Shown: positions 11,219-24,374 of the stretch, piece after piece
Numbering within the stretch: position 1 is the stretch's first letter
How the letters are laid out: the number at the start of each line of letters is the position of its first letter
The notes under the pieces: model-generated
Database searches by the model: none
Told to the model about the DNA's origin: nothing
What the model saw: only the letters and a program-made list of their open reading frames with translations
NCBI GenBank assembly: GCA_000388065.2
Contig: KB932204.1
Reading direction: 5' to 3' (one strand)
Length of the DNA stretch: 30,461 nt
Source: Fonticula alba ATCC 38817
Taxonomy: Eukaryota; Protista; Nucleariida
Program-made: the position numbers and the translations under genes

Positions 11219-12216
11219 GCTACTAGCAGCTGGAGTGCAGGCTGCCCTGCGACCCAGCTCGCAGCGAGGTCAGCCACCACAGGCCAAGTGGCTGGTGAGA
11301 AGTGGTCACTTCTGGGCGGGAGGTGAGACGGGCAGGGGAGGGGGCAGGGAACACCCTGCGGAAGGGGAGCAGCAAAGATGGGCGACAATAGGACGGGGGA
11401 GCAGGCAGCGCAGACAGGGTGCGGGGGGGGGNNNNNNNNNNNNNNNNNNNNNNNNNNNNNNNNNNNNNNNNNNNNNNNNNNNNNNNNNNNNNNNNNNNNN
11501 NNNNNNNNNNNNNNNNNNNNNNNNNNNNNNNNNNNNNNNNNNNNNNNNNNNNNNNNNNNNNNNNNNNNNNNNNNNNNNNNNNNNNNNNNNNNNNNNNNNN
11601 NNNNNNNNNNNNNNNNNNNNNNNNNNNNNNNNNNNNNNNNNNNNNNNNNNNNNNNNNNNNNNNNNNNNNNNNNNNNNNNNNNNNNNNNNNNNNNNNNNNN
11701 NNNNNNNNNNNNNNNNNNNNNNNNNNNNNNNNNNNNNNNNNNNNNNNNNNNNNNNNNNNNNNNNNNNNNNNNNNNNNNNNNNNNNNNNNNNNNNNNNNNN
11801 NNNNNNNNNNNNNNNNNNNNNNNNNNNNNNNNNNNNNNNNNNNNNNNNNNNNNNNNNNNNNNNNNNNNNNNNNNNNNNNNNNNNNNNNNNNNNNNNNNNN
11901 NNNNNNNNNNNNNNNNNNNNNNNNNNNNNNNNNNNNNNNNNNNNNNNNNNNNNNNNNNNNNNNNNNNNNNNNNNNNNNNNNNNNNNNNNNNNNNNNNNNN
12001 NNNNNNNNNNNNNNNNNNNNNNNNNNNNNNNNNNNNNNNNNNNNNNNNNNNNNNNNCCCCCCCCCTCTCCCCCTCCTCGGCAGCCGCAGGACCGGGCTTT
12101 TGACGAGGAGGCCTCCATCTCGCGAGCCGGGGCCGCCGGCATAGCGCACTCTCCCCGCCTCCTCCCTCTCGCGCACTTGGCTTTCCTGTCTTCGCTTCTC
12201 CGCAAATCCCGATACA

Positions 12217-13304
12217 ATGTTCGGCGCCCTCTGTCGGCAGTCGGCCGTGCTGGCAGCGCCCGGCCGGGCCGCTTCCCTTCGGGCTGTGCGCTCGGCCTTG
12301 GCCACGCGTGCGGCCAGCTCTGCGTCCAATGTCCCGCCACCGGACCCGGCCGATGAGGACACCCCACCCGCCGGGGGCCGATCCTCACTGTCCAGCATCG
12401 TCAATGGGATCTCCTTCTCGCCGGTCAACACCCGGACCTTCGATTATCGCCCGGTCGATGTGGACTACACCCAGGCTCGCGGGGCTTCCGAGGGCGAGGA
12501 GGACCCCGACGAGGTGATCCCCTCGGCCGAGGAGGACTTCCATGGGGCCGATGCGGCGGGCCACTTTTTCAACGAGAACTTCCACGAGTCCATGTTCACC
12601 GAGGGCGGCACCACCCCCGGAGCTGGGGGCGCATTGCAAACGGTCCGCCGCGGGCCCACCCGCATGGAACTTCTCCTCCGCCAGAGTGCCGAAGATGGCG
12701 AGGGCTACGACTCGGATGAGGACGATGAGTTTCAGATTGTCAACGCCATGGAGCTTGCCTTGTGCGCGTCCGCCCTGCCCTGCCCTGTCCTGCCTTGCCC
12801 TGCCCTGCCTCGCCCCCCTTCCCTCGCGAATGCACTTTCCACCCTCTTCTCCCTCCTTTCGTGCCACGCCCCACCCCCTCCTCCCCCCTCCCCGACATGC
12901 CCCTAACCCATGAGGATCCAGCAAATCCGGCGACCTTGCCTTTCGGACGCGCCAGCAGGAGGATGTCATTCGGGCGCGCGTCAACATCTTGAACTTCCTT
13001 GGTACCTCCCCTTCCCCCGCATGTCCCCCCGGCACTCTGCCTCTGTCTCTCCTCCTCCCTCTCTCTCTCTTTGCTCCCTGCTCCTCCGCCATTCTGCCTT
13101 TCCCTGAAGATGCCCATCATGCTGACACTGGCGGCGGGCCCGTGTCTCTGCATAACACCCGCGCCCACAGCCACCTTCGATGCCTTGGTTCGGGCAGTCC
13201 CGTCGGAGGCCGAGCGCCAACGTCTCCGGAAGAAGTACCACCACGATTTGTTGGCCTTCAACGATGCCCTCCTCCGGTTGCTACGCTACCGGATGAGCGA
13301 GTGA
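12217..13304 (+). CDS. Hypothetical protein with an N-terminal mitochondrial-type presequence, 3 exons, 252 aa
   Basis: Exons 12217-12761, 12922-13001, 13171-13304 (759 nt, GT-AG). A CTAAC branch motif lies at 12903 and CATAAC at 13151. The N-terminus is Arg/Ala/Ser-rich with no acidic residues (MFGALCRQSAVLAAPGRAASLRAVRSALATRAASS), followed by an acidic middle and a helical C-terminus. No family recognised. Confidence 0.75.
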
Positions 13305-13890
13305 CATATGCCTCCCCTTCGGGTGTCCGTGTGGCGAGGAGGGAAAAAGGTAAACCTCCGCCAAATAGATCCTTTACACGTATACACACACACACGCACA
13401 CGGCCACTGATGTCATGTTTGCCTTGCCCACGCACGCACCACTGGCACGAGACAAGCAGAAGGAGGGGGAGGGGAATGTATTTCGTGGAGTGCATGCACA
13501 CCTACATGTGACGGGGGGGGGGGGGGGGGGGGGGGGGGAAACGCAACGGGCACTTGCGTATTACCCGGTTTCACCCTCTCACGNNNNNNNNNNNNNNNNN
13601 NNNNNNNNNNNNNNNNNNNNNNNNNNNNNNNNNNNNNNNNNNNNNNNNNNNNNNNNNNNNNNNNNNNNNNNNNNNNNNNNNNNNNNNNNNNNNNNNNNNN
13701 NNNNNNNNNNNNNNNNNNNNNNNNNNNNNNNNNNNNNNNNNNNNNNNNNNNNNNNNNNNNNNNNNNNNNNNNNNNNNNNNNNNNNNNNNNNNNNNNNNNN
13801 NNNNNNNNNNNNNNNNNNNNNNNNNNNNNNNNNNNNNNNNCTCCCTCCTCCTTCGCCATGTCTCCATTCAGGGCGGGGGGGGGGAAGGAC

Positions 13891-16891
<3,001 letters not shown>

Positions 16892-17595
16892 CCGGGCGAT
16901 AGCGAGGACGACGGCGGGAGCGGAGGAGTGGATGCCGGGGAGGAGGGGGCTGGCGGGCGGAACGGGGAAGGGCGAGGGTGGGGCGAAATAACGGCAATCA
17001 AAGGACGAGATCGGGCAGGGGAGGAGGGGTGATGGCGGCGGGCAATGTGTCCGGCCCGGGAACTTGGAGTGCCCCACGAAAAAACGATCCGAAGACTCTC
17101 CCCCCCCCCCCCCCCCCGATCACCGGGGAGGGACCTGGACACACAGCCCCGGCGGCCGCGGGAGAAACGGCACCGCCTGCACCCTGTCCCAACATCCAGG
17201 CTCCAGGGGCGGGGGGAGGGGGGGGGGCAGGAGCGCTGGGGTGGAAAAGAGAAAAAAAAGGAAGGCCCGTCTCCTACGCGTGGGGAGGAAAAAAACAAGG
17301 ACGGGGAGGACGACCCCCGGGGAGCTTGTGTGCTGGCATGTGCGTGTGAGATGATTTGGTCATGTGTGTATAATACAAGCGCCGTTCGTTGGCAGTTTCT
17401 GGGCAAGGACAGGGGTGTGACTTTGGGAGGCGTAGGCCGCAGGGGGCGGGAGAGGCGGAGGGAAGAGTGGCGGACATCGCTGCCGGGAAGAGAGGGGGGG
17501 GGAACACCAAAAACAGCCCCATTCGGCCCGCCCTCCGATCCCGCGCTCCGCCCCCGGGGGAGGGGGGGGGCCTGGTTTTCTCCTGCTTCTACACC

Positions 17596-18704
17596 TTAGT
17601 TGCTGGCGGCCTTGGCCGCCTTCTTGGCAGCAGCAACAGCCTCGGCAGCGGCGGCAGCAGCGGCCTCGGAAGCGGCCTTGGCCGCGGCCTTCTTGGCGTA
17701 CTCCATCTTGTAGACGGCCGGGATCGGGGCAAGGCCGGCATCCAGGGCGGCGAGCTTCTTCTTGATCTGGTTGGCAGTCAGCTGGTAGACGTTGAGCTTC
17801 AGATCGCGGGCCATCTTGACGTAGTCGTCCTTGGACGAGTCGCCGACGATGCCGGACCCGTACTTCTGGCGGAACTTCAGCATGCGGTTGGCCTCGTTCT
17901 CAGTCAGGCGCTGGATGTGAACGGTGTCGGGCTTGGAGGCGCGCTCCTCAAACTCTGCAATGTAGCCAGGCGTATGGGGAGGGCGGGTGTGGGTGCGGGT
18001 GCGGGTGCGGGTGCGGGTGCGGGTGCGGGTGCGGGTGCGGGTGCGGGTGCGGGTGCGGGTGCGGGTGCGGGTGCGGGTGCGGGTGAGTATGTGCATGTGC
18101 ATGTGCATGTGCATGCGCATGTGCGTGTGCATGTGCATGTGCATGTGCATGTGCATATGCATGTGCATGTGTATCGATGCGGGCGCGTATGGGCGTCGAT
18201 GCAGGCGGGCATGTGCACGTGTGCATGGCAAAAGAGAGAAAGAGAGAGGGGGTGGGGAGGCGATATGCAAGGCAGCGGTGCGTACGCTCGAGGACGCTCG
18301 GGTCCTCAACAGGCTTGGCCAGGCCGAGGGAGTCGAGCGGGCGAAGGTAGTCCATGAAGGGCTTCTGCGCGAGGGGGGCGGCGGCATTCGGGTCCAGAGC
18401 CAGGCCGAGGCGCTCGAAGTTCTGCTTCAGAGTCAGGCGCTTGTCCCAGGCCTCACGGAGGGCGGGGTTCTCGATGTGGATCTACAGTGGCAGGGGGTGT
18501 AAGTAACGCGTGTGGGTGGTGGGGGGGGGTGGTGTGTTGCTGAGGGCGTTTGAACGGCCTGCTGTGCGGGGGCGGCCAACTGGACGGGAGGGCGGGGCAG
18601 GGGAGGGGAGGGGAGAGGCGCACATTCTTCTGGCGATCCGACACCCGACGAGTCACCTTGCGGTTGGGGTTCTTGGTCCGGCGGCGCTGGCGTGCGGTGG
18701 CCAT
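17596..18704 (-). CDS. NOP16: Nucleolar ribosome biogenesis protein NOP16, 3 exons, 211 aa
   Basis: Exons 18704-18624, 18481-18286, 17954-17596 (636 nt). Basic N-terminus (RQRRRTKNPNRKV), AWDKRLTLKQNFERLGL, and the C-terminal DDYVKMARDLKLNVYQLTANQIKKKL motif typical of Nop16. Confidence 0.9.
17991..18168. repeat. Compound hexamer microsatellite (GGGTGC)15 followed by imperfect (GTGCAT)n, about 13 units, in NOP16 intron 2
   Basis: (GGGTGC)15 spans 17991-18080; the GTGCAT-type array spans 18091-18168. Confidence 0.95.
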
Positions 18705-21182
18705 GATTACTGCTGGGGGGTGCGCGACAAAACGGGCAAAGAAGGATGGAAAAGAGGGGCGGGGGAGGGGAGGAGGGGAAGGGGCTGGCTAGGGTCGGCC
18801 ATCCGACCGAAGGCATTGATCTCGGTCTTCTTGACTCTGGGTGTGTGTCACTGGGGATGGATGACAGCGCCTTCCTCTGGCCCCAAACACGCCCCAAGGA
18901 GCGAGCGACAGGGAGAGAGAGAGAGACTCCGGGAGGAAGGTGGTGCCCCGCGGCGGGGACGCGCATGCACACGCGCACGCACACGGGCGCCCAGTTACCG
19001 GGGGTGGGGCATGTTACGGTGTCCAGATGGCACAGACCATGTTGTGTCGGTGTGATTTCCCGGGCGTCCGCGTGATGTGAGAACGTGTTCTTTCGAGTGG
19101 CATGCGCCCGCGGAGATGTGGCACATCCTTTTGTGCTATGTCTGGCCAAAAACCCATGGGGGACAGCGCAGGGCGAGCAAGGCCGGGACGTCCGCGCGCG
19201 CGAGGAGGATCCGCCGAGGGCCGGCGGCCGGGGGCCGGCGGCCGGGGGACACGCCTCCCTACAGTATAACCCAGAGGGAGGAAAGGTCGGCGCGCTCATG
19301 CAGGGGCCCGCGCACGGCGGAGCGCCCGCCGGCTGGGCCCCCCTTGGCCCCCCCCCCCCCCCCGGCCAGTGGCCAAAGGCGGGCGGAGAGGCGGGGGGAC
19401 AGTGCACTGTGCCGGTGTCGGGTTTGACCAGCGTTGATGACGCGGGAGGCGCGAGAGGCGGGCGCGAGAGGGCGGCCAGCCTGGTTTCTGCATGCCCCGA
19501 GTGAGGCGACGCCGGCCGGGCTGTTAATTGCGGGCGCCCCCGGGGGCGGCCGCCGGGGGGCGGCCGGGCTGTTCGGCCAGGCGCCCGGCCGGGGGGGGGG
19601 GGGGATGTCGCTCGGGCCGGTGGACCGCCGCGGCGGCGCATGCCGAGGAGGGTTTAACATTGGGTCTCGGCGGATTGGCCTGCATCTTCTGGAAGGGTGG
19701 GCTCCCGAAGGGGAAACGCCGGGCCGGAGGCTCGAAAGACCGCGGCCCGGCCAGCGCCGGAGGGGGATATTTGGCCAATATAATAGTGGCGGAAGGAGTG
19801 TTTTGTGGCATCATCTCCCCCCGTCTCAACCCCGACCGCGGTCCGTGTGGCCCCGTCTCCCCTCTGACGGCTTATCTAAGGACAGGCTCGAGCACGCCTG
19901 CCGGGCGGTGACAAGGGTTCCCCCTGCGGCGTTCGGGCGGACGGCCCGGGCGCGCGCTGCCCTTGTCTCCCGCCCGCCGCAGGGGGGGGGGGGCCCCATT
20001 CTAAACCGCCCTGTGCCTGGTCGCCGGAGAGGCAGGGTATATCTGTCGTGTGTGCCTGTGCCGGGCCGGCTCTCGGGCCTTCCTTTCGGCGATCTCCCGG
20101 GGACCGCGGAGACCGGGCGCGGGGCGGCGGCCCCCGAGAGAGCGAGGTCCGCTCCAGGGGCGTATCTTCTGGGAAGCTCCGAGCCCCTTACCCTGGTGGT
20201 GGGGGCGCCGGCGGCCGCGTCGTGCCTTGGCGTCGCGCGGCCTTGGGGGGGGGGGGCCTGGGGACCACGGAGTGAAATGCGGCTCACTGATGCGGCGGGG
20301 GGCCCTGCGTGCTTTTGTCCGGCCACGGTCCACCCCGCCGCTTGATTGCTCCTCTCCTCGCCTCGGGGGAGGGAGAGAGGGGCCGGCGGGTGGGCGACGC
20401 GTGGAGAGGGCGCCTGCGGGCGGGCGGGGGGGGGGGGGGGGCCATCGCGGGCGGCGCCGCACAACGCCCCGACCCTGGAGGTGTTGTGTCGTCGGGCCCG
20501 GCGACAAGCTTCTCGGTGTCTGCCCCCCGCGCGCCGGGGCGGCCGCGCGCAGCGCGCGGCTTCCCAGTTTGTGGGGCTGCATTCGTCGTGTCGGCCCGGC
20601 TCAAGGTCCATTATATTCCTGATCCTCCTGCCAGGGCTTTTTTCCGCGACCGGCGGGGCGCTGGCGCCGGAGCACGTCGGCGCCGTTGTCTGCGCGGGTC
20701 CCGGCCCGGCGCGCTTTTTTTTTTTTGCTGCTGGGAGCGCTGGCCTCCTGCCCCGCCCGCCCACCCGCCTAGAGTAGGCGGGGGCAGCCCCGGGTGGCCG
20801 GGGCGTACAGTGCCGAGGGGTGGTGCCTCCCCGCGTCAGGTGCGCGCGGGCGCGCGCCCCCGGCCGGGGGCGCGCCAGGGGAAGGGCCTCGCCCCCCGAC
20901 AGACTGCGTGTGTCCGGGGGGCGGGGGGGCGGGGGCGGCAGCGACAGGGCTCACGCGCGCGCGAACGCGGCATTCGCACAGGCACCCGGCCGGGTGTCGG
21001 GGATTAGGGTCGGACGCCCTATCGCTTCCTGCGCCGAAACCCGGCCGGTGCCGGCCGTGCTATCATCCCCTGGCAATACGGCGCCCGGCAGCGTGTGCGC
21101 CGTGGCCCCGGCCCCCCCCTCTCGCCCTGCATCCCGCTCTGGCACCTTCCCCCGCGCCCTCGCCCCGCCCCACGGCACCGGG

Positions 21183-21454
21183 GTACGTCCGGGCGCGCGT
21201 GTGTGTGTGTGTGTGTGTGCAAGCGTAAAAGGGACACCACGCTGGCAGCTGTCCACCGCAGACGAGAGCAGACTAGCACCCAAATCATCGCCTTTGGGAC
21301 TCGCTGGTTCGTCCCCCCCTCCCCCCCTCCCCTCGCACCATCTCTCTCTTGCTCCCTCCTCTCTGCCTCCTCTGCCGCCCCCCCGCCCGCCCGCCGCCCA
21401 TGACATCTCTGCGCACCGTCTGACGCCCCGCCCCCCGCTCCCCGCCCCCCGCAG
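21183..21454 (+). other. Putative 5'-UTR intron of eIF1/SUI1
   Basis: GTACGT donor at 21183 matches the local donor consensus. A CTGAC branch-like motif lies near 21419, followed by a C-rich tract and CAG acceptor at 21452-21454, 56 nt upstream of the ATG. Confidence 0.55.
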
Positions 21455-21510
21455 TTACATTTCCTCCCCTCCTCTTCTCGCGACCCGTCGCCCTCTCCGA
21501 TCCGTCTCGC

Positions 21511-22733
21511 ATGTCTGATATTGAAAACTTCAAGAAGTTCTACGACCCCTTTGCCGAGACCACTTCTGGCAACAGTGATGCTCTTGGTAACATTGTCCGT
21601 ATCCTTATTGTGCAGCCCTCCACCGCTGTTCGCGCGTGATGGCAGCATCCCCCTCCCCCCTCCCTCCCCCTTTGTCGGGTGACGATGCGCGTGCAAGTGT
21701 GTCGGTCCGGCCGTGGGTCTGTGTGTGTGCGTGTGTCTGCGCGCGTGAGTTGCCGGCAGTGTCGCGTGCGCATGCGTGTCTTTCGGGGCCTGTACACGTC
21801 CCGCCTCCCGCTGTGTGCCGTCTCCCCCCCCCTCGCCGTTCCTCGGTGCCACTTCTGCCGCTTGCCTGCGCGTCCCTGCCTACTTTGCAGGGGGGCCTGC
21901 CAGCGGACGGGGGTGGATCCGACGGAGTCGCCTCAGGGGGTGGTCTTCCCGCTCCAGTGTGGCAGCCGCGATGTGTCCCGTCCTTCGACATGCACACAGC
22001 CTTCTCTCGACCCCTTGCCTTCCCTCTCCTCTCGCCCGCCGCGCCGTGCTGCACAGCCACAGCCCCCCTCCCTTCCGCCTACATCTTCGCATCACCTTCC
22101 CGGCCCCCTCTTCCTTCCCTCCCCAGATGACGGGGGCTCGCAGCGTGTGTGTGTGTGTGTGTGCAAGCGTAGGCCGCTCTCCTTAGTGATGATAGCTTTG
22201 ATTCATTTCCTGAACCCAACTCCGTTTTGGAGCCCGGCACTCTTGGTTCCCGGCGCGCCCAGCGCGACGGTGCCAGTTTCGCCTTGAAGTTTTTTGTCAT
22301 AGTTACTCTGAATCATGAGCCCCTATGCTCTCCCACACACACACACCTTCCCCCCCTCTCTCTCTCTCCCCCCTCCCCCCTCTCCCACTCCCCCTCTCAT
22401 AACTACCGTGTTCTCCTTAACTTTCTTTCCCTTTTTTCTTTTTTTCTCTCTCCCCCCCTCCGCCACCCACCCACAGACATCCGACTCCAGCAGCGCAATG
22501 GACGCAAGACTCTGACCACTGTTCAGGGACTTAGCAGCTACCTTGACGAGGAGAAGATCTCCCGTCTGATTAAGATCTTCAAGCGTGACTTCTGTTGCAA
22601 CGGCACCGTTGTCACCCATGCCGAGTGGGGAAAGGTCATCCAGCTTCAGGGTGATCACCGCACCAAGATTTCCGAGATCCTCTCCAAGGAGAACCTGGTG
22701 CCCAAGGACCTGATCAAGGTTCACGGCTTCTAA
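21511..22733 (+). CDS. SUI1: Translation initiation factor eIF1/SUI1, 2 coding exons, 114 aa
   Basis: Exons 21511-21598 and 22477-22733. Sequence MSDIENFKKFYDPFAE..IVH|IRLQQRNGRKTLTTVQG..FKRDFCCNGTVV..WGKVIQLQGDHR..IKVHGF. Confidence 0.97.
22182..22316 (+). ncRNA. Intronic box C/D snoRNA, SNORD46(U46)/snR63-type guide for 2'-O-methylation of LSU rRNA helix 69 (yeast A2256 equivalent)
   Basis: C box GTGATGA 22186-22192, candidate D' CTGA 22210-22213, D box CTGA 22308-22311. The 12 nt directly upstream of D (GTCATAGTTACT, 22296-22307) are the exact reverse complement of the conserved LSU rRNA sequence AGUAACUAUGAC. The D+5 rule selects the second A of GUAAC. The element lies inside the unusually long (878 nt) eIF1 intron. 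End coordinates are approximate. Confidence 0.88.
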
Positions 22734-23604
22734 GCGAAAGGGCACACGCGGTGTCCTCCCTTGCCGGGCTCTTTCCTCCAACATCCCCCTCTTCCCCCTC
22801 TCCAGCACGCATCTGCGCCACTCTTCCGCACATCCCGCTGTGTGTGCACGGCAGCGCGCGCGCATCTATCCCCTCGCCCCCTCCTCCGCGCCCTTGGCGT
22901 GTGTGTGTGTGTGTGACTGTGTATGCGCCTTTCTCCCGTGTGCTTGTGCGTCGTGTGCTCTTTGTGACCGTGTGTGCTGCGTGTCTTTGCCGCGCGTGTG
23001 CGTGTTTCCCCCCGAGAAAGAGACAGGGTGTGCCAGTTGTCGCCACACTCTCGTTCTCCCCCTCTCCCGCTCGCGTGCCCACCCGGCGCTGTTCTATATT
23101 CCCTCTCCTTCCTTCTCTCCCTCTCTCTCTTCCCCTCCCCCGCGCCCGGCTTTCCCCCCTCGGCGTGTGTGTGTGTGTCTGAGAAAGACCGAGAGTGCGC
23201 GTGCCTCGCCTCCAGAGCCCCCCGCCTCCGCTCTTCCATCTCTCTCTCTCCCTCTCTCCTGCTCTGGCTGTCGCGCGCCGCGCCTCTGCATGCTGATGCA
23301 TTCCCTGGCCTGCTGCCAGCTGCCTCCTCCTCCCGGTGGTGACACCGTTGTAAATATATTGTAGCCATGTTTATGTTTTGTCGTGTTGTTTTATTGCGTG
23401 TGTGTGTGTGTGTGTGTATGCACGCATTTCTTGTGTTAGCCCAGCGGGAGTGGGAAGGAGCCGCGTGTGGGTCTCTCCGCGGGAAGGCTCGGGTTCTGAT
23501 GGGGGAGACAGGGGGGACATGAGCGAGTGTGTGGGAGACGGCACAGGCGAGGGACAAGAGAAGGAGGCGGGAGAGGAAGGGGGAGAGAGCGGGAGATAGG
23601 CAAG

Positions 23605-23621
23605 CAGGCAGGCAGGCAGGC

Positions 23622-23688
<67 letters not shown>
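23605..23688. repeat. Compound tetranucleotide microsatellite (CAGG)4(CAGA)17 between the converging SUI1 and Caskin-like genes
   Basis: Direct read of the sequence. Confidence 0.92.
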
Positions 23689-23689
<1 letters not shown>

Positions 23690-24374
23690 GTGCGGACGGG
23701 CAGACGGACAGAGGCAAGGAAAGACAGCGCTGTTTCTGTGAAAGGTGGCCACCGCCACGCCAGGGGATCCACACACTTGATGGGAAGGAAAAAAAAAAAG
23801 GAAAGACCGTGCCGGCTGCAATTCACTTCTCCTTCCAAGGGGAGCAGGAGTGCGCGCACCCGGGATGCCGGCGCGCACACATATCCGCCCTTTTGATCTG
23901 AGGCATGGCCATCCGCGGAGGGCGCGCCGTTGTGAATGAGATTGTGTCTTGTATTTTTGAGGGGAAAAGGGAGGGGGAGAAACAATGGAGAACAAAAGGA
24001 GGGGGGGGGGGAGGCAACCGGCACGCCGACCCGCGAGGCCCGCGCGGCCCACACGGCCTGCGCCTGCCCCCTCTCCATGCTGCCACACGAGCACATATGG
24101 ACAGACGCACGCATGCGCACAAGCGCGCGCAAAGCAAAGCGCAACATCATTCAACGGTGGAGACGGGCGGGCACGGAGAGAGAGCGCACTCCTCCACCCA
24201 TCTTTCGCATGCACACCCAAGGGAGGGGGGGGGGGGACACACGCGCATCCATGCGTATGTGAACACACATGTGGGGGGAACATGTATCACCATGTGTGCA
24301 GGATATAGATGCACGGGGGACGACGCGCGCGTGTCACTGCATGCGTGTGTGTGTGTGTGTATGTGTGGAGGCCT

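Noticed and set aside
17991-18080. (GGGTGC)n as an interstitial telomeric repeat
   Set aside because: It does not match a telomere unit I can support, and similar hexamer microsatellites occur in other introns here.
20171-20183. GGGAAGCTCCGAG, matching the RNase P CR-I consensus GGNAANNUCNGNG
   Set aside because: No properly placed CR-V or P4 partner was found downstream. A cmsearch with the RNase P and MRP models would settle it.
18705-21180. Long ORFs (18433-19641, 19434-20345, 19826-20764 and others) between NOP16 and SUI1
   Set aside because: They are low-complexity GC shadow ORFs in several frames with no domain or coding-like codon pattern. Treated as the divergent promoter and UTR region.
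22193-22213. Second guide element upstream of the D' box of the snoRNA
   Set aside because: I could not match its complement (GAAAUGAAUCAAAGC) to any rRNA or snRNA sequence I can recall.
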